NCBI GenBank assembly: GCA_016748015.1
Contig: JAAOMT010000294.1
Span: forward strand, 5,050-38,886
Source of the DNA: Geosiphon pyriformis uo1
Lineage: Eukaryota; Fungi; Glomeromycota
Length of the DNA: 33,837 nucleotides
Reading direction: 5' to 3'
Part shown: positions 1 through 13,100 of the stretch, in pieces
Numbering within the stretch: position 1 is the stretch's first letter
Layout: each line of letters starts with the position of its first letter
Position numbers and translations under genes: made by a program
Notes under the pieces: generated by a model
The model's database searches: none
What the model was told of the DNA's origin: nothing
What the model saw: the letters and a program-made list of their open reading frames with translations, nothing else

Positions 1-1596
1 TTTTTTTTCTATTTTACTGACATGATACATTGATCAAACTTTTTAACATGGAATTGCACAAATATAGCATATTCAAAACTTTGTTCTGTTTTCGAGGCAT
101 TAACATTATCAAATAGTGTTAACATCTGATGAGAAAACTTTCAAAGTAATCTTAACTAACTTTTATTACAAAAGGCATTTCACATTTTGATATAAAGTAT
201 TCATCGAAGCATAAAGGTGAAGGGTTTTTAAGTTAGTATTTTACTAATTTGTTAATTGAGAAAGCTGCAAAAAGTAGAATAATGTTTCATAAATTCAGAT
301 CTACTATTAAAAATAAAACATTGACAATTTTGATTATCTCACAAGCCTTTGAAAAGTTTTTGTGATGTCATTAACTAATTTTTATACTTTCATATTTTTG
401 GTTTAAAGATTAAATCTTAAAGCGTAAATTTTACATCAAATACAGAATATTAGGCTTATTAATTATATTATCCTCCATTTTAAAATTGAGTTTAGTGAAA
501 ATATTTTTGGGACTTTTAGGGTAAAACAATGTAGATTGGTTCAATTTGTAGTATGTTCTTAAAGGTTTTCTCGAGGAAAATTTAACTTTGTTTTCAATTT
601 TTGCCTTATATGACAGAAAATTGTTGTGGCGTTTACTTTTCAATAATCGGATGCCTCATTTTTTGAACGTAATATTCAGAGTTGTCTGATAGTATTAATA
701 GAAAGTTCTTGGATACAAGAAATTTTTGACGTATGAACTTTGTAGCCACATTATTCGATGTTTTACTTGTTTGCAATCTAAATCATAGAATTTTTTCTTG
801 TTCCAAAAATGGTTTGACAGTATAGAAAAACACAAAGTCTATACAAATAACTCAGTTACTGTGTCTATATTTAATAATCTACAATATCTGACATTTTAAG
901 GAATCATAGTTTAATTAGGTCATCATTAGCCAATATGAGAAAATTTGTTCATATATCAAAATGGCTATTATATTTAAAAAAAACATATGTTTATCAATAG
1001 ACATTATTTTTCTCAAAATCTGGAAACCAGAATTTTTTACTTTGAAAAATTGTAAATCAATAAGTTTCTACATGTAAAATCACGTTAATCTCCACAATTT
1101 TTAATTAACTTGAATCATTTAAGAAAGTTGCAATTGAATTAAAAATATGTGATTAAAATTTTTTAATTTATATCCATAGTTAAAATACGTTTAGAAAATT
1201 AATTTTATAATAAAAATTTAATGAAAATATATTTTTAGTATACTTCCTAGGTACAAATCTAAATTTTTATTAATTTTATAATTTTATTAAAAATAAACAA
1301 CATATAGCTCAATAAATTAATAGATATGTATTAATGTATGCTAATTTTTAAAAATTCAAAATAATTTTTTTTACAAAAAATAAAATGGTTGAATAAAAAA
1401 TGTAATCTTAAAAATTTATTGTTTTAAATACAAATTCCAAAGATTTTTTTTAAAAATACCATTGATAAAGTGATTTAATTATTTCTATTATGATTTTCAT
1501 AATTTTTTATATACATTATAAGTAACAAATAACAAATGTATTGTAGTTTAGAAATAATTTAAAATTGGTTACTTATTTAAATTTATAAGACCGAAC

Positions 1597-2480
1597 ATGT
1601 CACTTACAATTTTATCCTTTTTGTTCTTCTTGTGTCTCATTTATACCCTTTGTTTTCAATATATTACCAGTTAAAGGGAAACAAAAACGTGGTTTAAATG
1701 AAGATTATGTTTACCCATCATCATTAAAACAGAAAAGTATTTGTGAAAAATCCCATAATAAATCACAAAATGAGGTCAAAAAAATTCAATTCTCTCCATC
1801 TTTTAAACATAACCTATTTGTCATCGAACCCATTCAAAAAAGAAATAACCGACATCCTCATTTCGTATATCAGCTAATAGCAAAGATCAAATATGAAGGA
1901 TTCTTAAAAAAAGTTGTTGTTAACGATAAAGAATTTTTAAATAACCTATCAAAGATTGTACTTTTGCATGGGAAGCATATTGTCAAAACCTCATAATCAA
2001 AAATTCTTATTAAAAAGTCCTCAGATACAAGTTAGGGTTTAGTAACTATATTAATTTCTAATTTTGAAAGTTTCCTACGGAAAAATCAAAAAACAACTTA
2101 ATATTCGGAATCATTGTGTAAACAGTCATATTCTGGAAAACTAGAATTGCTTTTGGGGCGATGGATTATGATTTCAATTATTTCACAACGGATCATCGAA
2201 AGACGAAATGGGAGATGGTTTCCCACATTTTTTTATGGCTGTTGGGAACTTGTAATGGGTTCATTTTCGGAAAGAATAAAAAAATTTGAATCGAAAAAAC
2301 CAACCAAATTTAAACACTACACATTTACAGGCTTCGGTTATGGAACTGGTAAGTAAATTTAATTTATATTGAAAAAAATTTTAGTTTTCGCCGTATTTAC
2401 TGCGCTCGAATACATCACTTTTGGTCACTCTACAACGTATTTGTTTATCACACGGAATTTGGATAGAACTTCCATGTAGA
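1597..2480 (+). pseudogene. Lipase class 3-like pseudogene (copy 1)
   Basis: ATG 1597 opens a signal-peptide-like stretch (MSLTILSFLFFLCLIYTLCF) that is then frameshifted. Other frames give 'FAWEAYCQ' (~1965-1987; cf. NLAWKAHC in copy 2), 'HYTFTGFGYGTG|gtaagt' (elbow plus phase-1 intron at the same position as copy 2), 'VFAVFTALEY-ITFGH' and a broken EFWIE (~2455-2468). Multiple stops, frameshifts and deletions. Confidence 0.75.
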
Positions 2481-2564
2481 AATTTTTAAAATTCAAAAAA
2501 CCCATCTCATTCAATAATAAATCGAAAAATCTTGCATAATAACAGAAATCCATCAAATTTCAAA

Positions 2565-2840
2565 ATGATTTCAAATCTCCATCCAGAAAATTATATCAAT
2601 GGTCCAATGAACCAGATCGCAAAAAATTTCCTTGAGTCGATCAATCGTGGAGAAACTTATTGTGATATCGCACTCAAAATCCAAAACAATCTTAAAAGTT
2701 ACAACCTTTCCCTTGAATATCTAATTGAAAAACTTACGAATAATACACATTATGTTCGACAGTTTAGATGCCTTCTCGGATTCTGTCATCAGCATATCAA
2801 GGAATGTTTTGATCCGATAAAAGCATTTGAAGCTTACGAG
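2565..2840 (+). CDS. Sel1-like repeat protein, 5' part (rest hidden in gap)
   Basis: ATG 2565 (MISNLHPENY...) is open up to the gap. It ends in 'CLLGFCHQHIKECFDPIKAFEAYE', resembling the first Sel1 repeat (LGxxYxxG...KAFxxY) of Glomeromycotina Sel1 proteins. Confidence 0.6.
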
Positions 2841-3788
2841 NNNNNNNNNNNNNNNNNNNNNNNNNNNNNNNNNNNNNNNNNNNNNNNNNNNNNNNNNNNN
2901 NNNNNNNNNNNNNNNNNNNNNNNNNNNNNNNNNNNNNNNNNNNNNNNNNNNNNNNNNNNNNNNNNNNNNNNNNNNNNNNNNNNNNNNNNNNNNNNNNNNN
3001 NNNNNNNNNNNNNNNNNNNNNNNNNNNNNNNNNNNNNNNNNNNNNNNNNNNNNNNNNNNNNNNNNNNNNNNNNNNNNNNNNNNNNNNNNNNNNNNNNNNN
3101 NNNNNNNNNNNNNNNNNNNNNNNNNNNNNNNNNNNNNNNNNNNNNNNNNNNNNNNNNNNNNNNNNNNNNNNNNNNNNNNNNNNNNNNNNNNNNNNNNNNN
3201 NNNNNNNNNNNNNNNNNNNNNNNNNNNNNNNNNNNNNNNNNNNNNNNNNNNNNNNNNNNNNNNNNNNNNNNNNNNNNNNNNNNNNNNNNNNNNNNNNNNN
3301 NNNNNNNNNNNNNNNNNNNNNNNNNNNNNNNNNNNNNNNNNNNNNNNNNNNNNNNNNNNNNNNNNNNNNNNNNNNNNNNNNNNNNNNNNNNNNNNNNNNN
3401 NNNNNNNNNNNNNNNNNNNNNNNNNNNNNNNNNNNNNNNNNNNNNNNNNNNNNNNNNNNNNNNNNNNNNNNNNNNNNNNNNNNNNNNNNNNNNNNNNNNN
3501 NNNNNNNNNNNNNNNNNNNNNNNNNNNNNNNNNNNNNNNNNNNNNNNNNNNNNNNNNNNNNNNNNNNNNNNNNNNNNNNNNNNNNNNNNNNNNNNNNNNN
3601 NNNNNNNNNNNNNNNNNNNNNNNNNNNNNNNNNNNNNNNNNNNNNNNNNNNNNNNNNNNNNNNNNNNNNNNNNNNNNNNNNNNNNNNNNNNNNNNNNNNN
3701 NNNNNNNNNNNNNNNNNNNNNNNNNNNNNNNNNNNNNNNNNNNNNNNNNNNNNNNNNNNNNNNNNNNNNNNNNNNNNNNNNNNNGTGA

Positions 3789-5195
3789 TTACGAGCATTG
3801 CATTCCTAAAAATTGGTTAAATGTTAATCTTAAACATTTATCATTTTCTGAAAATATAAGATATTTTGAGGATTGTACCGGATGTTCGTCCAATGAATGG
3901 GTGTTATAACATTCATATACAAGTGAAGAGGCGCTTTGAGGGCATTCACAAAACATTTCTTGGGAAACTAAATTTTTTTGAAGTTCTATCCAAAATTCAG
4001 GTTGAAAGTGTTTGTATTCTTCATATATTGTGGGAAGGTTGCTCGGTCTTTCGGATTCATCATCCCATTTAGAAAATTTTCTTATCCCTCGTAGTGGCAA
4101 GTTAGGTAGCCAATCATCTTCAAGAGTTACACGATATATCTTGATTTTTTAAAATGAATTCAATTCAATTCAATCAAAACTTTTTAGCAAGCTTCTTTTA
4201 ATATTAGTCACAAAAAATAAATCTTTTTTACCTTTAGTTTGGATCGAGCGTAAGCGACAAAAATTTCATTTCCCATTCTTGGTTGACCAAAAGTAACAAC
4301 TATTGGTCTCTCTTCTTGTTTATACTTTTTTAAAAATGCAAGAGCAGCAAAGATTGCATAAGCTGATTTGCATGAGAGATGTAATTGTAGAAATTAAATT
4401 TTTACATTTTCTTAAATTCATGATTTCATTTAGTAAATAAAAATTTACGACTGCTCTCGCCAAATCCAGTGAATTCAAAATTAGAAAATTTGGATTCCTT
4501 TTGAAGACGACGAAAAAATTTTGTTTCAAGATATTTTCGCCATCTGTGATAGTAGTTTGCAGCAACCCAGGCACCGAATACATCTGGGAACTGAACGACT
4601 GTATATAATTGCCATGAAGTCTTCAACAACGTTTGCATATCATTGATTTTATAATCTGCGAAGCTAAATGTGATCTTTGAATGACCATGGCCGAACAAAA
4701 ATAAATCAAATTTACGGCTGTCTGTTTCAAATAACATCTTGAGATGATTAGAGATGTTCAATCTTTAAATTTTTAGCGAAAAAAAACTAAATGTTCACCT
4801 TTATTCAAAGAATGTTCTTGCTGCAAAAGACAATGTGCTTTCCAAGCTAAATTTGCTTTGTTAATAAGTAGCTCTAATATGTTTTTATTATTGATTAAAG
4901 TTTTCATGAAAAAAGGACCAAAATTATTATTTCTTTTTTTTAAAATGAAATTATCTAAGTTAATTTTTGAGCTATTTTTTATTGAAACTTGATGATGGTC
5001 TTTTAGATTATTTTTGATTTCCAATATCTTTTGAGAAGGATGAGAATAATTAATTTTTGTGTTATTCTGTATTAAATGATCCAACGAAAAATTTTCATCT
5101 AACCATAAAAAGGATTTAAAAAGAGCGAAAAAAAGGGTTGCAATGATTTGTGCAAAGAAAAAGCTTTTAACCATATTTCTAAATTTATTAGCCAT
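3789..5195 (-). CDS. Lipase class 3-fold protein, predicted catalytically inactive (copy 2, ~383 aa, 4 exons)
   Basis: Phase-consistent GT-AG model with exons 5195-4799, 4721-4449, 4362-4232 and 4139-3789. N-terminal hydrophobic segment (FFFAQIIATLFFALF). Lipase_3 motifs: 'LAWKAHC', 'GAWVAANYYHRW', 'FTGFGES' (in place of GHSxG), 'VVTFGQPRMGN', 'IYRVTLEDDWLPNLP', 'YKHFQPEFWI'. Confidence 0.75.
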
Positions 5196-5576
5196 CAAAG
5201 TTTTTTCTTTCCGTCAATTTTCAGAATATATTGTGCTTATATAATTGAAAAGAGTTGGTCAATTATATACACAATTATTCACACTTTTGTTTAAAAGCTT
5301 GACAAATTCAAGAACATTCCAAATTTAAAAATTTTGTGTTGTTGAAACATGGATTTATTTGTTTTGAAAATTGTATCTTTTGTTTTCATTCCTAGATTAA
5401 ATTTCAAGTTTTTAAAGTTTATCCGATAATAAGAATATAAATCATACATAGGATGCTAGTCAGGGAAGAAATACATGCAATTTTGAAAATGGTTTATTTA
5501 ACGAAACATAATTGGTTAAAAATATTCATTAAAATATTATTATTCTTTTCATATTTGAATTGAACTTCTTTTTTTT

Positions 5577-6627
5577 ATGTGTTCTCTAAAAGTGAACTTA
5601 TTACACTTGATAATGATCAAATCCTTTTACATTCGCAAAAAGAGAAATTTTCTTGAACCACTCCAAAATAAAACTGAAAATGAGTTTCAAATCTCGTCGT
5701 CTTATTCAAAACAGAAAAAGATTTCAATCCAAAAAAGAAATAATATATTTTTCACTAATACTCAGGCTTTTACTATGTCAGCTAATAGCTTTGATGATAC
5801 GATAATTACAATGAGAAGAATTGATAACGTAGATGTAACCTTTGTAAAAGAACAAAAATATTTTGCATGAAATATCCTCAAGTGCAAATTTAGCATGAAA
5901 AGCATCTTGTCAAATTGTTTTTAGAGCTAGTCATTATCATTATTTATCTGAAAAAAAAATTTGAAAAAAATTACTGATATAAATTTTTTTGAGAATATTT
6001 AGTGATTGCGGTATTTGCTGCACTTGAATATAAAATGAAGTACCAATCTTCTCCAGTAAATCTTATTACTTTTGGCCAACCACGAATTGGAAATGAATTA
6101 TTCGTTCATCATACCACAGAAATCTAGTCTAAAGCTTGGAGGGTAACTCATGGTGATGATTGGGTGCCTAATTTTCCGACTGATGGCTTTCATCGTGTAA
6201 AACAGACGCCTTCAAGTAAATCAGAAAGACCTCGCAGGATTCTATTTAGACACTTGCCAGAAGAATTTTGGATAGAGCCAATCTCGTCCGAAGCCGAAAA
6301 TTTTTTTGTGCTATCATACGGCCACTTTATATGAAAATGAGGTAGTTCTTTGTTCGAATGTTTGATTTATCGAAAACCTTTTTAAAATTGTAATGCACGA
6401 AATCATTTTAACAGGGCCACATATCCAGGTATTAATGAAGGAGATTCGCTAAAAATGTATAGAGAATCGCACCCTGATGATGAACATTCAGGTCCATATT
6501 TTGGTCGCACCATGTGTCCTTTCCCCATCAAAGAAAAGTCCGAAGAAAAGCCGAAAAAAAAGAAAACTCGGGAGAGAGAAAAAGACCTAATAACCTTTAA
6601 GAAACTTTTTTTTGGGAACTGACTAGA
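5577..6627 (+). pseudogene. Lipase class 3-like pseudogene (copy 3), head-to-head with copy 2
   Basis: 'ANLA*KASCQ' (TGA at 5896 where copy 2 has TGG), 'VIAVFAALEY...LITFGQPRIGN' (6068-6094), TAG at 6125, 'WRVTHGDDWVPNFP', 'FRHLPEEFWIE', and 'HSGPYFG' (6485-6505). The central region including the elbow is deleted. Confidence 0.85.
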
Positions 6628-6749
6628 ATTTTTTTTAGATTGAAGACTATAAAGAAATTATTTTTAAATATCAATGATCCTTCGGTACTCTTTTAATTTA
6701 TCAAAGGTTCAATGGATCCTTAAAAGTTTTTTTAATTGAAAAGTATAAA

Positions 6750-7210
6750 AAAGGCATTGAACTATTTTTTTCAAAGTTTTCAAAAGGCTCTGAATTATAA
6801 TAACTGACACATTGGAAACTTTTTCAAATAACTCTGTTATTTCTTTTAACATAGAAACACCTTTTAACTTAATTGATCTTGTGATACATCTTTTAAGAAA
6901 ATAACTTTGTTCTTAATTGATTAGATGATAATTCTAATGATTAATTGAGGATTGCCCAAGTGTCCTTGGAGATTATTTTTTTACTTGACTTAAAGTAGAA
7001 TTTATCGTCTCTAAAATTAAATATGCAAACTTTTGATTCTTGAAATTGAAAATCAATTGCTATAACTGTTCTTGGATGAAATATTTTATCCGTCAAAATA
7101 AAAGCTTGTATATTTTGAGCATAAATAATGATATGATTGAATTAATTATAAAGGCAAATCCTCAAATAAATATGAGAATTTTTTCACCAAGAGCTTAAAT
7201 TTACATGATT
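6750..7210 (+). pseudogene. Possible highly decayed relic of the Cys-rich linker/N-lobe of the local kinase family
   Basis: 'gatgataattctaatgat...ggattgcccaagtgt' (DDNSND..GLPKC, ~6924-6963) resembles DTDNSDDNVFEAGLPKC of the gene at 25978-26030. The rest is only weakly similar. Confidence 0.3.
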
Positions 7211-7599
7211 ACTATACAAGCCGCGGATTTGAATAAAATTTAACGAGATCTAAACACTTTAAAATGACATTTAGCTTTGAATCTCAACCAATAGGCATAT
7301 CAATGGGCTACACTCGAGAATTAAATTTTCTAAATAATATAATAATTTAAAGTTTTGAAATAAAAGTTTAATGCAAAGCTCAATACGATAGATATTTTAG
7401 ATTTTATGATGTAAAAATTAGAATAAATAATTTTTTACTGAAATTGAATTCAAAAGAATTTCAACGGCAATAATCTACAATTTATTTTTTGACCTCTTAA
7501 AAAGCATTAAAAATGAGACAATTTTTTAAGTGTTTGAAAATAACATCCAAATTTTGATATAGACGTTTTCGTTTGTACTCTTTGCAACGTGATAACTTA

Positions 7600-7910
7600 T
7601 TCAAATGTTATTTTAAACCAAACCAATGTTATTTTATCGCTTCTTTTGAACGATAATAGCATGATCTAAAAATAACATCCAGATGTGTATTTCCTCATTC
7701 CTCTCCTTTCACTCTTTAGTGTGCCGTCCCTATTATAATAGTAGTATCTAAGTTTATACTGCGCATCTATGTTTGTTTGTTTCTTCCTTCCTTCAGCTGT
7801 TTTAATTACCATTTCTCAAAGTTTTTATTAATGCCATCCCCGTTATAATACCAAGAAGCTCCAAGTTTATATTGAACATTTACATTTCCTTGTTTCACTG
7901 CTTTTAATAG
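7600..7910 (-). pseudogene. Sel1-repeat pseudogene fragment (2-3 degenerate repeats)
   Basis: Minus-strand translation gives 'LKAVKQGNVNVQYKLGASWYYNGDGINKNFEK' and 'NIDAQYKLRYYYYNRDGTLK', interrupted by stops and frameshifts. Confidence 0.75.
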
Positions 7911-9949
7911 AGCATTTCAGTAAAGAACCGAAATTTGTGATGAGTTATCAGAATTGAAAGTGTTGCTCTTGTTGTTTATTAAGGGTATTATTATGCCAGA
8001 ATTCATTGAAAAAAATTTTAAATTACTGGCAGGATTTGAATTCCATTCAATTTTCGCAAGCCGTTTCTTCCCTTTAATGTATAACTTGCGTGCAATGTTT
8101 CAAAAATAAAAAACATAATATTTATGCTTCCGGATTCTTTATGAGAATTGACAAGTGATCACAGCAATTCAAGGATATTGAAGGCATTTAATTTTTTATT
8201 TTTGTCATTATTATCGTTAATAATTGATAAAGATTCTATTCAATATTAATTTCAATTAAATAGTTTAACAATAATATTTTTAATAAGCTACAAATTTACA
8301 AGAATTGTAAAAAATTTTCATATTAAAATTGTTTATCTTTAAACTAGAACCTTAATCAGATTTTTTAACATTATAAACATGATTATATTTTTGGAATAAT
8401 TTATCAGCATGAATAAATTTTACTTAAAGTTAAAGCATCATAGTTCATTTTTTTGCATAAACAATCTTTGAGTAAATTACAGAAAAAAAGATTCAATCAA
8501 AATTGAATTGACAAAAAATTCCACTAACAAATTTGCTAAGTTTGGAATTTCCAGCTTTGCCATCTCTAAGGGAAAAATCTATATATATTACAAATTTAAT
8601 AATAATCAATAAATAATCCAAAATTATATACATAATTGAAACCATATAGATTTACTTCACAATGTTTCAATTTAAATCAAAAATTTTGCTCATGTCATCA
8701 ATTCTCAGTTTTTATTAACTTTGTTAAGATTGGTTGTCAATATTATTTTAATTAATCACTTTTCTAGTTTATCACTCTTAATTTTTAATATTATTTTTTA
8801 GTTATTCATCTTTCCAATTAATCTTCTTCTAATTAATTATCCTTTTAATTAATGATTATGAATACACAATGTTTTATGAAACATTATTTGCTATACAGTA
8901 TTAAGCTTATATTCATTTTTTGAATCATATTTCTAAAGTTAAGCTGTTCAATAATTGTCAAAGAATTGATCTCGTTTTCTAACCTAACAGATTTATTTCG
9001 CTATAGAATTCATTATAAGGTGAAAAAGAAAACTTTGTTATGCCCTAAAAGGTTAAGCAAATAACGATGTGTACGCAAAGAATAAATCGCACCTCCTATT
9101 AATTGATAAAATAATTAATTTTGAACTCGTGGATAAAACCAAGAAGAGTCACGTTTTTGAAGATGTCTGTCAACGAGTCTAGGATGTTTGAGGATACTCA
9201 ACACATGAAAATAGCACCACACATTTCACTCCATTTAACATGTACAGTAATGAAATTAAAAAATGATGTATAAAGGCAACTGCTTTCTATCATAAATTTT
9301 TGCATGAGCAAACTATTTAGTAATTAAGCTTGAAGCATTCCTTTTATATAAAATCTTTTGCTAAAGATTAATTACAATAAATAATTTCATTAAATAAAAA
9401 GTTATTAAATCACTGGGTAATGTGATTAATTTAGAAGTGCAGTTGCTAAAATTTTGTGGCATTTTTTGGCTGCTTGAATAATCCATTGTCCAAATCTCTA
9501 TTTTCATTTTGTATCTGCTGCTAAAACTCGAAATATAATTGTCAAAATTATTTATTTATTTATTTATAACTGACCAATTAATTAAAATTAAGTATATTTC
9601 TATTTGAGCAAAGGTGGTGGTAGAGGGAAGGAAATTATTGTAAAATATTGCAAGTGTTTTTTGAATTTAAATTACTTTTCACCTTATTGGTTAAACTTTA
9701 GATTTTTTGAAAGACCAAGATCAGATTCTCAAAGTGTAAGACCTATAAAATCTCTATGAATAATTTGGTTTTTATATAAGCATTGAATACTCATTGTTAA
9801 TTCTTGTGCTATACAAAGCTTTTATATTTTTAAAACGCTTATAATAAATGATTACACAAAATATTTTTCATTGAAAATTATGTTGTTTAGCTATTCAAAA
9901 ACCTTATTAAGATTAAAATTTACTAGAATTTGTTAGAATTTAATGAAAA

Positions 9950-12900
9950 CAGTTGAGATCCAATATATATTTTGATAAATAGAAAAAACAGATGACTAAT
10001 AATAGATTATATTTCTAAAAAATGTCAAAAAAACTATTGCACGAGCAAAAGATACTACTCTTAGACAAGTAAGGGATATTACAACTCGAAAAAATTTTAC
10101 AGCTCAAATAAATGCTCAGTTGCAAATGTAAGTAACTGGTAGTAAAGTAGACATATTATTAATATTATTCTATAGAGAAACCACTCATTGTTATTTGTGA
10201 AAAAATAAGCTTTGAAAAGCTTAACATAAGCTTTTCATTAGCTTTTTTCTCAATTTGGGTGAAATTTCAGTTAAAATTATATTTGGTGAAAAAGATGTTA
10301 ATAATTTAATAAGAAAGCTCAAGAATTAACATTCAAAAAAATTGAAAAATGTAAACATTACTAATGTTACACTTTACAAACAGGATAAAGATACTGACTT
10401 ATAATTAGGTCTTTCTGTAAATAATAGCTTTAGAAATTTTAGCAAAATATCACTATATGTTATAGTAATGAAAAAATAATTACTAAGCAAATAATATAAA
10501 GCATTAAAGAAAATGTTTGGCATATTGTTAACAACTTTAATTAACTTGTACTATTTTTTTAATAAAGAGTAGATAATAGTAATAAGCAGTTTAATTTTAA
10601 TGTTAAATAAGATAAAGATTGGTTGATAATTGTTAATAATGTTTATGTTTATCTGTTAGCACTTTAAACATTTAGCAACAGATTTAATGAAACTTAAATA
10701 AGCAAATTAAGTACTTAAATGTTACTTCAGTAATAGTTAAATAGCCAGTTTATCTTTTATAAACACCAAAAAAAGATTAAAGCTTTGCATTTATTATAAT
10801 ATATAACAATAAATTATTTGAATAATTTTATATAACTTTCAAATAGTTGGCAACAGTTTTTTTTAATTTATGTAAGAAAAAAATAATAAAAACAGTTATT
10901 CAATACAATACACTAACTACATAAAAAAAACTTTCTTCAAATCAAATTATCAGATAATAGATAATAGATATTATACTAATATTATGTTTTAAAATAGTAA
11001 AGTTGTTTATTGTACAATTAATGTAGTGATGTATTAATTGATACCACTTTGTATTCCAAATGTTACAAATTTATTTTTGAGTTGAAAACAGTAAATTTTA
11101 ATAAGATTTAAGACTTTTTAATTTATTTAATATATATCAATATTTTTTATGTAAATTAAACTATTCGCAAATTAATTACTGTAAATAAAATCTCAAGTAA
11201 GAAACCAGTAGTTATTTTTACAGATTTTCATACAATTTACATTTTCTTTTAAATTGGTTTTTCTAAAAATCAATCTTTTTTTTATATAAATTCCATAATC
11301 TATAATATCAAGTTTAATAACATCTACCAAGCTTTAATATTTACATGTAGTTTGGTTTTTAGTAAAATTTTATTAGAGCAGTTAAAAAAATTTAAACTTA
11401 CTTATTTTTTTTGAAAAAAAAAGCTATATTGACATCAATTATAAATTCCTCACTAATAATATAGCCAATCTTAATAATTTTGTAAATAGTATTTTATTAC
11501 AGTTTTGCCAAAGTAAATAACTTGTAATACAGATGTTTATATTTAATATTATTTATAAATAGTAATTTTATATAATAACTGTAGAATTACTTTAGAAAAA
11601 ATTAAGTTTGTTACTTAAGCTTTAGTAATATTTTTTACAATTAATTTTTGAAGAAAGTTGTGTAATATTAATATTTAATTATAATAAAATAACTTATAAT
11701 TACATAGATTTTTTTATGAAAATTACATATTATGAATACTATCACTTTATTCTACAAAGAAAAATGGTTTTTTACTAAAGCGGTTTTTTTTGTAAAATAA
11801 ATGATTCATTCGAGCTTTTCAATCTAAATTAAAAATACACAATGATAAAAAATAAAATTTAAATAGAAATTTGGCTGGTTAGAGTAAATTTAAATATAAT
11901 ACAAACAATAAAGTATTTTAAAACCAAATACTTATAAATAAATTTAATATTTATAGTATTTATCCATATTATAGTTCTACAAGCCTTTATTTTTAACATA
12001 AAAAATAGGTCAAATGTTAATTATATTAATGATATTGAACATAAAAATAAAGCTATTAATTTGAAATAGATAATTCCTAAAAAATTTAAATAAAAATATT
12101 TTCAAATTTTGGTCATAATAGATTTAATAAAAATATTAAAATTTATAAATAAAGTATATAAAATTATAAAATTAAGTGTTTTGAAATGGAAATTATTTTG
12201 CTGCTAATAAAGAAAAACATTATGTTATTGCTTGGTGGAATTAGTTTTTGTCTAAAAAAATAAGATAAAAAATATAGTTAATATTTTTATTATAGTTTTT
12301 TCTGCAAATTGGTGGTACTTTTTTAATGTTATTTTTATTATGTTAATAGTTAACTTTAAGTATGTTTTAATAACTGAAAATCTAAAATAAAAATAATTGA
12401 AATAATTTATATAGTTTTAAACTAAAATTTGTATACAAATTAAATTTCAAAAATAAACTTTACATTTGCTATTTATAAAACTTATTAAAAGCTTTTGTTA
12501 AAAAAACACTTTATTTTTAATAATCATATTTAGAATTAATATTGATAAGATTATATTATAATTATTATCAGATTTATTGTTTTTTTAATATTAATTATAA
12601 TATTTATATTTTAATTTGAAATATAAAAAGTTTTTACTTAAAATTAAAGTATTAATAACAAAAAACTATATTATTTAAATATATAACAACTTTATGAAAA
12701 TTTGAAAAAAATGATATTTTTCAAAGTTATAACATTTTTAATATTATTAGAAAATATGTAAATTTTATACAAAACAGCTCAACATTGTTTTTTGTAACCA
12801 ATCTAAAACTAAACAAGCTATAAAGCAATTAATATACAATTTTAATATAAGCCAATTTTATTTTAAAGAAGATATTAGACATTAAAACATAAGTTATTTA

Positions 12901-13100
12901 CTTTGAAAATTTTAAACACTTTGTAATAATTTTTAGTTATTAAATATAAGATTAAAAAATAATATTAAACCAATAACAGATTTACTGAATTGTTGTTTAA
13001 TGTTTATAAACTGATTTTTGAGAATGATTGAAGTATTTCTATTAGAAAGGTAAAGTTTGAGAATAAATATGTTTTTATTATATTTTCATGCTTTATTGAT
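9950..13100. mobile_element. Probable ancient transposon relic (AT-rich, CpG-depleted block)
   Basis: No ORFs and only a handful of CG dinucleotides over ~3 kb, whereas neighbouring genes have many. Faint Ty3/gypsy-like fragments, e.g. minus-strand 'IGYIISEEFIID' at ~11435-11470. Family not established. Confidence 0.3.

Noticed and set aside
431-643. 70-aa minus-strand ORF (also 27510-27707 and 31805-31990)
   Set aside because: Non-ATG starts, low complexity, no motifs. Expected by chance in AT-rich DNA.
2532-3909. Long ORFs 2532-3788, 2797-3798 and 2827-3909 (also 23377-24264 and 25175-25423)
   Set aside because: Their length comes from N-runs. Only 2565-2840 has supportable coding sequence.
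5896-5898. In-frame TGA at a Trp position suggesting an alternative genetic code or recoding
   Set aside because: The same copy has a TAG stop, frameshifts and deletions, and intact genes here use TGG for Trp. Ordinary pseudogenisation explains it.
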